64,000 nt of DNA from Salpingoeca rosetta (taxonomy: Eukaryota > Protista > Choanoflagellata): NCBI GenBank assembly GCA_033442325.1, contig JAWQFM010000001.1:755416-819415 (forward strand), in the 5' to 3' direction. The position numbers were made by a program, and so were the translations under genes. Shown piece after piece: positions 43,064-56,656 of this stretch. The notes beneath the pieces are model-generated. The model did not search any database and was not told the DNA's origin. It saw only the letters and a list, made by a program, of their open reading frames with translations. Position 1 is the stretch's first letter. Each line of letters starts with the position of its first letter.

Positions 43064-44014
43064 TGTCTGTCTGGGTGTGTGTCTGTGTGTGTCTCTATGT
43101 TTGTGAGTCTGGGTGCGCGTATGTATGTGTGAGTGTGCGTGCGTATGTATGTGTGTGCATGTGTGTCTGTGTCTGTGTATGTGAGTCTGAGTGCGCGTGT
43201 GTACGCGTGTCTGCGTGTAACGGTGGTCATGTTGCAACTCATGCCTGTTGTTTGATGTAATACCACTGCGAATGCACGCCATGGCAGCCTGCAGAACGTG
43301 TGCTATCGCACCACCAGCGACGGTGAGCAACAGTTTCTCTTCTTTCACGGACCGGATACAATCCTTGAAAACGTTCCTCAAGATCGGTAGGTTGCCTGCA
43401 CGTGTGTACGTGCTGCACATTCGCAAGCACACACACATGTACAGACGGAAGCACACATGCAGACGCAAGCACAGTAATGAAGCGCTCTGCTCTGTGCCTG
43501 CCCCTGTTGGTTGCTGTCTGCCCCTGCTTATTGCTGCTTGCCTGACCAACCCCCTCTGCCTCTGCTGTCCATTGCTATTGAGCTTGACTCGTTGCACCCC
43601 ACAACCCTGCACTCATACATTCATTCACAACAGATATAGCCCAGCCCTTGCATCGCTGTCATCTGTCATGGACCACAACGTGCAATTCTTCAACTACATT
43701 GACTTTCAAGGTAAACCTTCGAGGCGTCTCTCATAGGATCAGTCTACTTGTTTGCCCTCTTGTACTACTACCCACCTCCCCAGCGCCACATGTCGGCCAT
43801 CGCAGCTCACGTGCTCGCTGTTCCACGCATCTTGCACTTTGCACCAGCGCGCAACTTTGAATTTGAGCACCACCACATATCCATGATCACCGAGCCGGCC
43901 CTCCTCTTTCGGTACGCTGGCGTCCGTGTCTGTGCGTGACTGCGTCTGTGTGTGTGTGTGTGTGTGTGTGTGTATTAGTGTGTGTGTATTAGTGTGTGTG
44001 TGTGTCTGTGTGTG

Positions 44015-44055
<41 letters not shown>

Positions 44056-46404
44056 CTGTGCACCTGTGGGCCTCTGTGTGTGTATGCCTCTGTGTGTGCC
44101 TCTGGTTCTGTGTGTGTAAACGCTGCTGCTACTAGTTCTTGGGTGTGCTGTGTTGTCCTGCTCTCACTCCCTTGTGTTCACACATGCACGCACATGCACG
44201 AACTCTTGCGCAGGCGATTCAAACCAGACAACATCATGCACGTGCTGCACGACGACCTGCTGCCTCTCTTCTTCACACTGCGCAGCGAGTTCGGTACGTG
44301 TCTCTGCAGTGCGCCACCTTGAAGCGCAGGCTTGCATGCATGCACGCTCATTGCATTCAAGACTGTGGTGCGCCGCTGTGGGTTTGCTCCCCCCCCCCGC
44401 CTCCTTCCACGCTCTACTGTTGTGACTGCAGGAACACAGCCTTTACCCTTGCCCATCCCTACCCTTCCCCCTTTCTCTCTCTCCCTCAGGTGCTGCTGCC
44501 GAAAACAGGGCGTTGCTCGTGTGTGCAGATGAGTTTTCCACGTCCCTCTCCACACAGCGCCTGTATGAGCTGTTGACACAGCGCGACATCCTCTACCTTC
44601 AACACCTTCAACAAGACCCAGCCCAGCTCACCTGCTTTAGGTCAGCGATAATAGTGATTTTGTGTGTGTGTGTGTGTGTACGTGTGTATGGGTGTGTGTG
44701 TGTGCGCGCGTGTGTGCGCGTGTGTGTATGCGTGTATGTGTGTGTGCGTGTATTGTATTGGCCGGGTTGTTTGTTAGTTTTCTTCATCGCGATAGATCCT
44801 TGTTTTACGTGCCTACTTTGTGACCCTCGCTGCTCCCCTTGATCTGGATGTTTGCTTGCCAAACATGATTCGCAGTTCCCTTCGCGTTGGCATCTCCAAG
44901 CGCACGTGAGTGTGCGCCTCCCACAATCGCTCTCTACCGCGTACAGACATGTACACGACACCGTGTACGCACGAACCTCAAAGAACGTTGTCTTGCTCAG
45001 TGTCTCCTCTGGCTAATCGGCACAAGCACACAGACCAAACTCCATCAACTTTACTCACACACCTGTGCTCACTATTTCCTCTTCCAAATACTCGCACTCG
45101 CTCTTCCCTCCGCCCCTCCACTCTTAAACAAATGCACACACGCACATACAACGGCAGTACGTGGTATGACTATGGCTTCGAGCATCCTCAAGGACCACTC
45201 CCGGTATTGGGTTTGAATGCGGTGGTTGCCAGGCACGTAGTGTGCTGGCAATCTACGCTGTCTCCTACGATGGCATGTGCGTGTGTCTGTGCTTGGCTGT
45301 CACACGCACGCGACTCAACTCCCTTGCGCACTGCCAATTCCTACATTCTCTGACACCGCCCTGTTTCGATTGTTGTTGCTGCTGTTGTTGTGTTCAGAGC
45401 AAAGACGTTGATGGCAGGGATTTGCGTGTGTTCGCCCGCTTCCTCATATCCAAGCTTGAGCAGCTTGCTCCTGCTGCTGCTTCTTCTTCTTCGCAAGTTT
45501 CTTCATCTTCTGTGTCACCGCCAGCCATCCGCCCACAGTCGCCTATTGCCGTGTTTTCGCGCACGCGAAATCGTTTCATCTTGAACGAGGTGTAACTTAG
45601 GATTGCGCGGTGTGCAGGTGTACAGCAATGCTTCACCCTGGCTCCCGCAAATTGTTTCTGTTGTATGCATGTGTGCTCTGATTGACTTGCTCGCATGTGC
45701 TTTGCACCGCTGCACCTGTGCAGGCGAAGCTGATCCGAACGCTGCGCGCGGCATTTCACGTGCCCGTCGTTGTTGTGCGCATGGAGACACATACTTTTGA
45801 GGAGCAAGTGGCCATTCTGTCCACCTGTCGTGCAGCCATTGGCATGCACGGCTCCATGATGATCATGGGAATGTTTCTTCCGCCAGGCGCGCTCCTTCTG
45901 GAGTTGTTTCCATTTGCAGTTCCGCCCGAACACTACACGCCATATCGCACCATGGCCCAGCTCCCAGGTACACATCGCTGCCTGTCTTGTTGATGATGCT
46001 ATCTGTTTCGTTTCCATTCAAACCGTCAATGTGACTGTGACTGCTTCGTTTTGACGCTGGCTGTATTGGACTCACGTGCTCGATTGCTGCTCGCGTATGC
46101 TAACACACACGCACGCGCTTTCCCTCTCGCAAACATACGCTCACATGTGTGCACACATGCACCCTCTGATTCGCCCACTCTCGCGCTCTCGCCGTGCACC
46201 CCTCGTCCCAAGGCCTGGATCTGGTGTATGTGCATTGGGTCAACACGATTGAGGCCAACAGCGTTGCCCACCCCGATCGCCCGGCGCATCTCGGCGGCAT
46301 TGCACACCTTCCGCCAAGCCAGCAGGAGGAGGTGAGGACCAAGGATTTACGGAGGAAGGGGGGGGGACGAGGGCTCGACGCTGTCCCCTTGCATGTATGC
46401 GTGG

Positions 46405-46459
<55 letters not shown>

Positions 46460-47381
46460 TGTGTTCGTTTGTGTGTGTGTGTGTGTGTTGTTGAATGGGA
46501 TTCAGGAATGAGAGCATGGGGTATTCTGTGACTGTGCTTGTGGGCGTGTTTGCCTCTGTCATGTTCGTCTTCTACGCCGGCCTTGCTTTGCTCACATGCA
46601 GACTTTCATGTGTCTTGCGCGTGTTGCGTAGATTCGTGAAACCATGTCGATTCCTCAGCACACGTGCTGCATGAACCCCTTTTGGCTGTATCGCATCTAC
46701 CAGGACACCTTTGTAGACATCTATGTGCGTGTGTTGCTGGTGCATGTATTGCTGTATCACGCGCCCCCGCGCTCTTTGCCCTTTGCGTCGTTTATCTGGC
46801 CCTATTTTGTGTCTCGTGCCCCTGGCTATTCTTCGGTTGCTGTAGCCGAGTTGCATTTGTCTTAACTGGCTCACTGGCGTCGACCCTGTTGTGTTAACTG
46901 GTACGTTGTCCTGCACGTTGGTTGGCGCTGGCAGGATGTGATGCAGCTCCTGCAAGATCACATGCTGCCTCCACCCAGCGCGGGGCGGCCACTCGACACC
47001 GTTCGTCTCCTTGATGCACATCCACACCAGGTCGGTTGGTGGTGGTTATGGCATCAGTTGTGCTTGCAAGCAGTCGAAAAGCGGGCGCGGGGTGGGGTGT
47101 TTGGTGTGGTCTGGATTGCGTTGTCGAGGGCGGAACGAGAAACATTGGTTGGGCCGTCGGCTGCTTTCAGCTACAGTGGTGCTCACGCATTTGTGTTGTG
47201 CGCTTTTTTGTGGACGTGGGGGCAAATAGCCGCGTGATATTGCCTGTTCATTCGAGATGCTCCGCGTCGAACATAATGAACCCACTGAAGGTTGGCGAGC
47301 TGTGTGCTGTGTGTGTGCGTGCGCGTGCGCGTGCGTGTGCGTGTGCGTGTGCGTGCGTGCGTGCGTGTGTGTGTGTGTGTG

Positions 47382-47419
<38 letters not shown>

Positions 47420-47442
47420 CGCGCGTGTGTGTGTGTGTGTGC

Positions 47443-47479
<37 letters not shown>

Positions 47480-47564
47480 GCGAGTTTTTGTGTGTGTGTG
47501 CGTGCGCGTGCGCGTGCGTGTGCGTGTGTGTGTGCTTGCGTGCGTGCGTGTGTGTGTGTGTGTG

Positions 47565-47602
<38 letters not shown>

Positions 47603-47625
47603 CGCGCGTGTGTGTGTGTGTGTGC

Positions 47626-47657
<32 letters not shown>

Positions 47658-47661
47658 CGTG

Positions 47662-47715
<54 letters not shown>

Positions 47716-48271
47716 ACAAAAGGGGTATTGTATTGTGTCTCTTCGTCCTGCAGTGTTTCATGGTTGAAGTATTTTGCTTGACCTGGCTTGACTCCATGTT
47801 GATTCACACCCACACGTCATTCATGCACCGACCCTCTCCCCTCCACACACACAACCACACATACACATGCACATGCACGCCAGCCCTCGTGGTAGCGTGG
47901 ACGCCGCCGATCAACGCGGATGACGTGCGTGTCAGCCACTATGAAGTGTGGGTGCAGGAGCTGCTGCGCGTCTTCCAGACATCAGGTCACTTTGCTCTGT
48001 TTCTGGCCTTTGCCTTTTGCATTTGCAGCTTTTACGGCTTGCTGGGTTCTTGTGATGGGTGTGCTCAGGCGTTGGCAAAGCAGCAGCCGTTCCTTTGTTG
48101 CTCACGCGCTTCGTCCTGTTTACGCATTGTGCAGACCCCTTTATTGCCATTGATGCAGCCGCTGTGTTGTCACTGCCAGCGCAGACGATATGGGTGCGGG
48201 CTGTGTCGGTGCACGGAACCCACAATGGCCCGTTCGCTCCTCCAATCACCTGCAGCCGGAGCGAGGCGTGA
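42419..48271 (+). CDS. POMGNT2: Protein O-mannose beta-1,4-GlcNAc transferase 2-like (GT61 + C-terminal FnIII), type II membrane protein, multi-exon (alternative in-frame ATGs at 42371/42380)
   Basis: [20 protein letters not shown]; motifs [95 protein letters not shown] and FnIII YEVWVQE...WVRAV...GPFA, collinear with human POMGNT2 as recalled. Confidence 0.9.
42734..42830 (+). repeat. Coding 15-bp tandem repeat (GGCGGCGACGGTATT)x6 encoding (GGDGI)6 in the POMGNT2 stem
   Basis: Perfect repeats read directly, just after the TM segment. Confidence 0.9.
47291..47660. repeat. ~183-bp tandem duplication of a compound GT/GC microsatellite at the start of a POMGNT2 intron
   Basis: The interruption pattern (tggcgag...cgtgcgcgtgcgcgtgcgtgtgc...) recurs at ~47293/47478 and 47318/47501. 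Confidence 0.8.
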
Positions 48272-48364
48272 CTTTCGCCGGTACAGCGCAGCTTTGTCCG
48301 TGTGTTTGGTCACACGAGCACACGCCCATGCAGGATAGTTACTCGGCCACTTGGTTATGATCCG

Positions 48365-48370
48365 AATAAA
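48365..48370 (+). terminator. Candidate polyadenylation signal AATAAA of POMGNT2
   Basis: AATAAA ~95 nt after the stop codon. Confidence 0.35.
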
Positions 48371-48906
48371 TTAGGTTAACAAGTGGCTTGGTGCGTGGAC
48401 CAGTGAACACCGTGGTGTGTGTATATTGGCTTTTCGACGATCAAAATCAGCAATCACCTGTATCAAATCGTCGTCCACGGCTGCTTTGTCTGTCAGCCTG
48501 GTCAGCTCAAGCCCAAGAAGCAAGAGGGGTCATACACGTGATGTAGCATTTCCCTCTCCAAACAAAAGATGTATTGTGTGTTATTGTTTCGTTTTTTTTT
48601 GTGTGTTATTTCTTTTTTTTTTTTTTTTTTTGGTTCCCAATGTTCAACACTGGTGTGGGACGTGTCACAGCAACCACACATCATGCCGCTGTTTATGTTC
48701 GTTTTCACAAGAAGACCAGGGGAAGGAGGGGAGGGGTGCGAGAGAGGGGAAACAAAAAACAACCAAACACAGCACAGGGATGACACGAAATATAAAGTCG
48801 AATGCACTGCAAATCAAAGGTGTCGTAGCAACAGTAACTAAGAAGCTTGACAAGCTCCACAATATGAACAACACTCCGACACTCACGCACATCACACATC
48901 ACGCTG

Positions 48907-49373
48907 CTACATTGTGAGAGCCTGCATTGCCTGTGTGGCGGTTGCGGACAGGGGCCGGCGCCCGCCCGATGAGTGGCCAATGGCTGGAGGTCGCGGCTGT
49001 TGCGTGGACGATGATGCCGCTTGCTGCTGTTGTTGATGGGCGTCGGTCGGGCTGCAGGCACGAGCACACGTTGGCCGGTGTTAATGAATACGCTGCACCG
49101 CACACACAGTCGGGAGGAACAAGGAGAACGGCAAAAGGAGGCAGCTCCCAGAGAGAGGGAACTCATACACACAGACACAGATACACACACGCGCGGAAAA
49201 CAAGCAGGGGCACAATCAAAGCAAAGAGACGCACAGACCCAGGACTCCCAAAACGACGCGTCTCAGACAACGCGCAGCACAAAGTGTCACCCACCGCTGG
49301 TATTTCACGCCATTGATCTTGGCAAACACGCGCTGAAGCACTTGCTCCCGCTGCTCCCACGTGAGGGTCTGGC

Positions 49374-49410
<37 letters not shown>

Positions 49411-49477
49411 CACAACAACCGAGGTCGAGTGGGGCTGAGGTGAGGCAGAAATGTATGTACACCAAAACGGGACAAGA

Positions 49478-49540
<63 letters not shown>

Positions 49541-50028
49541 GAAGAGGGCCACACACCGTGACGTCAATTTCTGCAAAGTCTTCTGGCACGGACTGCTCGG
49601 CCTTTTCAAATTCCGCGGCAACAGAACCCGTGCTGTTGTGGTGCGTTGCAGTGGCAGCGAATAACAAAAGAAGATAGCAAAAACCAATCAACACAACGAA
49701 GGAGAATGGACGACAACACATGTCGTTCACTCGAACACACACACAGACACACAGACACAGACAGACACAGACTGACACAGACGTCTGCCATCGTCACTGA
49801 CCCTTTGCCGAATGTGGCGACTTTTGGCAGCTGCCCCGTCCGGGCGCCAGCACGCATGTCCTGGTTGTACTTATCGCGCACATACTAACGATGGGCGGTA
49901 TGGGGAGCGATGGGAGGGAGGGAGGAGGTTGAGGCGAAGCAGAGGAGAGAGGCAAGGGGAAGCATGCGCACAGGTGAGTTCATCATCATCATCATCACCA
50001 TCATTACCAACACCACCCTCATCATCAC

Positions 50029-50093
<65 letters not shown>

Positions 50094-50609
50094 CCCACAC
50101 ACATGCACATGCTCACATGCATGCACACACACGCACACCTTGACGTATTCGGCGCGTGTGTCGACAATTTGTTGCCGGACGTAGCGCAGGGAATCAATGA
50201 AGAACTGCTCAACCTGCACCAACACACGAAGCAGCGGCATAGTGACGTGAGATGGAGAGGGGAAGAGAGAGAGGGAGAGATGGAGGGAGAGGAAGAAGAA
50301 GAAGAGACACACCAACGAACACACGCGCAAATGCACGCATGTCTCGCATGCAAGGTACAGACATGACTCAGACTGCTGTACCTCTGTTCGTTGCTTGAGC
50401 ACATTGCGCGCGAGGTGACGAATGCGTTTCAACTCCGCAGTCTTCAGGGCCAGCGCTTGCTGCGTTGCCGCGAGCGTTTGCCTGCAACAGACACGAAGAC
50501 ATGAAGAGGAAGGATGCCAACACAGTCAAAGCAGGCAGAAGAGAGGGAACAAAATACTCGGATGTATGCACAGACACACACACGCACGCACACACGCACG
50601 CACGCACAC

Positions 50610-50655
<46 letters not shown>

Positions 50656-52604
50656 TCAAAGCAGCAGCACAGGCAATGGACCTGAGGTCCGCGGTTGCGT
50701 CAAGCGCCTCCTGCTCCATTTCGCGTTTTGTTCGCGCGTGCTCTTGCGTCATGGCCGTCAACTTCTCCTCCAACGCAAACACCTTCACACATTCACAGCA
50801 CAAGGCAATAATAGTGGTGGGAAACGAGCCGTGGTGTAAGGGCCACTCACGGTATCAAAAATCACTTCAAGTGAGACACAGACACAGACACACGCACGGA
50901 CAGATACACACGCACACACCTTTCGCTGGAGCTGGCGTGTCTTCTCCTTGTGTGCTGTGAGCGCCTCTGCTTGCTCCGTCACCAGGCCACTCTTTTCCTC
51001 AAGCTCAAGCTGAAGGTGCATGTCTTTGTCCTGCAGTGCTTGCACATCCTGCCGTTGCCGGTGCATGATTGCGCAATGAGGCGGAGGCCGAGTTTGGGTA
51101 AGTCAAATTGGAGACAGACAAACAGACAGGCAGAGAGACACATACACACAACACAACACACACACACACAACTCAACACACACGACACACACATACACAC
51201 ACACACGACACACACACACACGACACACACACACACACACGCACACACGACACAACATAACACACAACACAACACAACACGAACCTTTTTGAGTTTTGCG
51301 TTCTCGGTGAGGTGCAGCTTGATTTCCTCTGTCAAGCGCTCGTTCTCCTCAAACGTGTGGCGCGACGACACGCCGAGATTCCTGCACACACATACACACA
51401 GATACACACAAACAGACAGACGCACAGACAGACAGATACACACACACGCACACAAACGCAGACAGACACACACGCACACGTAAACATGAGGTCGAGAGTT
51501 GGGTGGTTCATGTGAGCGTAGCCTCAACACATGCAGTCTCTCACTACGAGCCACTGTGAGGATGCACAAGTAGCGAGGGCTTGTGCACACACATCGCACT
51601 TTATTGCCTCCTCGTGTGCCTTCTTGGCCAGCATGTTGAGTTGTCGTTCGGTCGTCTGTTGCAGCCGCGCCTGATGCAAGAACAAGCAGAGAGACGCAAC
51701 AACAATGGAGGTTGTGATACATTGTCAACACACACGAGCGTGAGTTGGGACACATGTCACATGCTGTGATATCGAGCAGCGTATCAGGTCATACACATAC
51801 AAACACATGCATGTATTCATGTGCACACGTGATGCTGCTGCTACATGGCATGTGCGCCCTGAAGCGGGCTGTGCTGTGTGGTACCTTCTCCTCGAAGAAT
51901 TTCGTTTCCATTGCTTGCTTCTCCTTCTCAAACGCAGCCACTTGCTGCCTGTTCTTGTCCTGTGTTACGAACAGGCACACGCAACAACGGGTGAGTCCAC
52001 ATCACGTGTCCTCATGCAAACGTTCCATGCAAACGGAATGATGCGTGCCACCAAGTGCCAATTACATAGGCGACAACACCACACTAGCCATCAAAACTTA
52101 ACGCAGCCACCCCCATGTTCGCCACCTCTCATCATCACCCTTTGTGCGCACCTGCAAGTCCAGCACTTCTCGCTCAATCTCCTCTCGTCTGTGCTTGAAT
52201 TCGCGCAGCGAGAACAGCTCGCGTCGCGTGGCCTCCAGCTGCATGCACGCGAGATGTGCAGCGTGAAAACAGAGCAGGGTGCGTGGCACAAATAGCAGCA
52301 CAGCTGGGCTGACTGGCAACGGCCTGAACAGAGAACAGAGGACAGACGGCAGACAAGATGTAACAAAAGCGACACACACACGCACACACGCACACACCCA
52401 GTTACAGACCTCGACTGTGCGGTCCTTGAGCTGCTGTTGGATTTCCATGACTTTGTTGTTGCAGTCGTCCTCCACAGCCTCAATCTCCTGTTGCGTTCTT
52501 CGACGCACCTGTTGCACCCCAGCATGCCAAGCCAGTCACTGCCTGTGTCAGCACATGCGTGACCGCGACAGACCAGCAGGGAGCCACACCAGTATCTGCT
52601 TCCG

Positions 52605-52660
<56 letters not shown>

Positions 52661-52918
52661 CTGCGACGTGGTCTTTGGCGGCCTTGAGCTCATCCTCGGC
52701 CTTGGCCAAATCGCGGCGAAGGAACGCAACAACCTCCATGGTGTCTCGTTCCATCTAGCAGACCATGCAAAGCAGGGGCAAAAAGGTGAGCACGCAAGCC
52801 AAAGCGACACGAATCACGCTGAAGTGGACGCATCGCCAGCGCAGAAGCTGTTCAACTCTTCATCCTTGCACACTCATGCACGCACACAAACAGACACACA
52901 CACACACACACACAAACA

Positions 52919-52962
<44 letters not shown>

Positions 52963-53467
52963 CGCCCTCGCACACAGACGCAGACACACCTCCTGCATTT
53001 TGTTCTCGAGGCCTGCGTTGGCTTGGATGAGGACTGATGCATTCTCGCGGTGGTCCTTGCGGGCCTTCTCGCTGATGGCAAAGCGAGTGGCCCACAGCTT
53101 CTCCTCATTCGTCATGATGTGCGGCGCTGGCTTTTCTTCTCCATCTCTGCTCGACAGGCAACACGCAGCGTCAAGGTTAAAATGAGTATGCGGCGTCGTG
53201 TGCAAGATCACTTTGGTGCACACACTCGACAGCTGATGGCTTCAGTCCGTTGCAAACATCCTCACAAGCACACCTGCACAAGCGTATCAGCACAAACCAT
53301 TCAAAACAAATCACACAACCCTCCTCCTGCCTCTCTTCTTCTCACACACGCTCAGACCATTTATTCGCCCGTGAAACGAAAGGATACACTTACTTCTTGT
53401 CTGACTTGCTCTTCTTCTTCCCTTTGCCCTTGCCCTTCTTCGTGCTTGCCTTCTTCTTCGGTGGCAT
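48907..53467 (-). CDS. BBOF1: Basal body orientation factor 1 (CCDC176), coiled-coil ciliary protein, multi-exon; last exon approximate
   Basis: [95 protein letters not shown], matching BBOF1 as recalled. Confidence 0.88.
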
Positions 53468-53562
53468 CGCCGCCTCTGTGTTGTTGTTGCTGGTGCTGTT
53501 GCTGGTGCTCCTGTGCTTGCTGTTGTGCTTGCCTCTTGCCTCTCCTCTGTCTGTTGTGCTGC

Positions 53563-53576
53563 TTGTCCTTGGCGAC
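53563..53576 (-). promoter_or_regulatory. Possible RFX X-box half-site (GTCGCCAAGG) upstream of BBOF1
   Basis: Minus strand reads GTCGCCAAGGACAA ~100 bp before the ATG of a ciliary gene. The second half-site is imperfect. Confidence 0.3.
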
Positions 53577-53743
53577 AGTGCCTGTGAATATTCACGAACA
53601 TCTTCCGCCAATCGCCAACATCCATCTCCTCGTGTGTTACGCTGTGCTGCTGTCTTCCGTGCCATTATCCGTGCCGAGCGGAGCTGAGTTGCGCTGAGTG
53701 AACAGATACACCGACACCCCCCCCCCCCCGACAGACAGACGCC

Positions 53744-55373
53744 ATGCCTGCAAAGCAGAAGGAGTAAGTGTGAGAGACGGTCAAAGAGAGGGATAAGGAG
53801 CGGCGTGCGTACACATGTGTATCGAAACCTTTGATGTGCGTGTGTGTGTGTGTGCTTGTTCGTGCCTGAGCGAGAGAAACAGTGTGTGTGCGTGGTGGGC
53901 GGGTTTGAAGTTTGTGCTCTGGCACGCTCATGCGACGCTCGCTGCCTCGCTTGCCTCGCTGCCTCGCTTGGATGGCTGCAGGGACCTGTTGAAGGTCGTG
54001 GACACGCACGGCGCGTGCTTCAGCCGCGAACTGGCGGCAGAGTGGAAAGTGCACCACGATGTCATTGTTGGCTTCATGAAGAGCATCCAGTCCTACGGCG
54101 ACGTGCGTATTGCGGTGGCTGTGCTGTGTCGTGCTGCGTCGCGCGTCATGCGTTGTTACATGGCATGGCATGGTATAGCGGATGCCATGACGTGTCGGTG
54201 TCTTTGTCCTTTGTGCCACTCACTGTGCTGTGCGCGAACGTCTTACACCTCCGCTCACCGCGCATCTCTCTTCCTGTCACTCAACTGCATTTTTGGACTT
54301 GACACGCTGCAGATCCTGGAAACAAAGGAGAACAAGGTCGAGCGCTGGGAGGTGACTGCAGAAGGTACGCATGAACGTGTTCTTATCTTGACCTACGAAT
54401 GTCTGACTATTCCTTGTTTTGTGTGCATCTTTCTTCCCTGTCCAGTCGCCTTCCTCCTTCATCTTTTCTCATGCCCTTGATGTGCTCGTATAACCCTTGC
54501 TTGCATTGCTTATCATGATTGATGCTCACATCCCCGCGGCGCAATCATGCCTGCTCTTCTTCTTTAGGCGCCAACGTCATTCTTCATGGCAGCCCGGAGG
54601 TGGCAGTCGCATCTCGCGCCACACCCGAGGGCCGTTCCCGCGACGAAATCTTCGTGAGTGTGGCTGTGGCTGTGGCTGTGGCTGTGGCTGTGTGTGTGTG
54701 TGTTGGGATATGAGCAAGGTGTCCTGGCTGAGGTTGGTTTGTTTTGCTGGTTGTCTGTGAGCGTGTCTGTGTACCGTTCCTTCCTGGTAACATACTCATC
54801 TCTGTGGAATACATGCTATGCGCCATTAAACACGTACTCATTGCTGTGCTGCGTGGCATGCCCTTCTTGCATGACAGGCGGAGGTTGGACAGATGGGCAA
54901 CGTTGGTCTGGGCAAGGCCATCAAGCTCAAGTGGATCAAGACGGAGAAGAAAGGCGACCAGACCATCGTCACCCGCATCGTACGTCGCAGCGTGTGGTGA
55001 TGTGCTGATGTGGTGATGTGCTGATGTGGTGATGTGGTGTGTGCCAGAGCGCAGACGCCTTGTCTTGGCGGTGTTTCTTCTGCATTATAGCCCTGACACG
55101 TGCAACGCCACGACGCCACGATACCACGTGTTGCTTGCATGCATCAGGCGGAGGACTTGAAGGACACGGTGAAGGAGCAGCTGCAGGCGATCCAGGCGGA
55201 CGACGCGGACATGCTGAAGAACACAGCCGTCCTCAAGGACCTCAAGAAGCGCAAGCTCATCGAGAAGAAGTACGCACACTGCAACGACCGCCACCATCAC
55301 ACCTGCTCTCACATGTAGCACGCCGCCAGCACACGACACACACACACACACGCACACACACGCACACATGCAC

Positions 55374-55413
<40 letters not shown>

Positions 55414-55676
55414 GCGCACACACGCACACACGCACACACACACACACGCACACACAGTGAGCACGTTCCTGACGAACAAGTCGAGTGCACACACAAGCAT
55501 TCATGTGCCCATATGACCGCTCACGCATTGCTGTTCACGTGCGTGCGAATGTGTGTGCGAATGTGTGTTGTGATGATACTGTGCCAACTGCAGGCAGTTT
55601 ACGACGTACGCAATCTCCAAGGGCCGCGAATTCTCCCTCACCCTCGAGAAGAGGGAGGCAGGTGTGCTGCTAGCGC

Positions 55677-55719
<43 letters not shown>

Positions 55720-56598
55720 CGTGTGTGAACGTGTGTGTGTGTGTGGATGGTCTGTGTACCCTTTGTTTGCTACTTTACGTTGCGAGTCCGTTCGCTGCCC
55801 GCACCCTCACCCCTCTCCTCACGCTCCGATCACCACCACCACCACGCCTCCCCTCACGCTGCGGGCAGACCTGACGCCGGAGATGCTGGCCGACGGGTCG
55901 TGGCAGACGACCAAGTTCAAGCAGTTCAACCTGCAGGCACTGGGCACGCCCGTCAACTATGCTGCGCTGCACCCGCTGATGAAGGTCCGCACGGAGTACC
56001 GCCAGATTTTCCTCGAGATGGGATTCGAGGAGATGCCCACCAGCCGCTTCGTCGAGAGGTCAGCCCTCCCGTGCCAATTGAGCATAGCGGGGGTGGTGGT
56101 GGTGGCATTGGTGGTGGCATTGGTGGTGGTGGCATTGGTGGTGGTGGCATTGGTGGTGGTGGCATTGGTGGTGGTGGCATTGGTGGTGGTGGCATTGGTG
56201 GTGGTGATAGTGGTGGTGGTGATGCGTGGCTTGTGTTGCAGCAGTGGTGGAGTTTGCTGGCATTGTCATTGCATTGACGGCCCTTGTACCTGTCGTGCAG
56301 CTCACATACGCATGCCGTCATACGCATGTGCTTCATGTGTATGTGTGATTGCTTGTGTATGTATGTGTGTATGTCCACGTCAGCGCCTTCTGGAACTTCG
56401 ATGCGCTGTTCCAGCCGCAGCAGCACCCGGCCCGCGATGCACACGACACCTTCTTCATGAGTCGTGAGTATGCATACACATGCACGCACATTCCTGTGCA
56501 GTTGGTGCTGTCATGCTTGCCATGCTTGCCATGCTTGTGCAACTCACACCACCGCAACAGCCTAGACGGGACCATGCGCAAAACAGCAGTCGCACACA

Positions 56599-56656
<58 letters not shown>

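Noticed and set aside
48592-48631. Poly-T tracts as a retroposon tail
   Set aside because: No TSD or element body; lies in the convergent 3' UTR region.
54993-55040. TGATG/CTGA motifs suggesting a C/D snoRNA in a FARSA intron
   Set aside because: Simple 8/16-bp tandem repeat with no guide region.
56090-56222. Similarity of the intronic GGTGGTGGTGGCATT repeat to the coding (GGDGI) repeat at 42734
   Set aside because: Both are low-complexity GGN-based units; convergence is sufficient.
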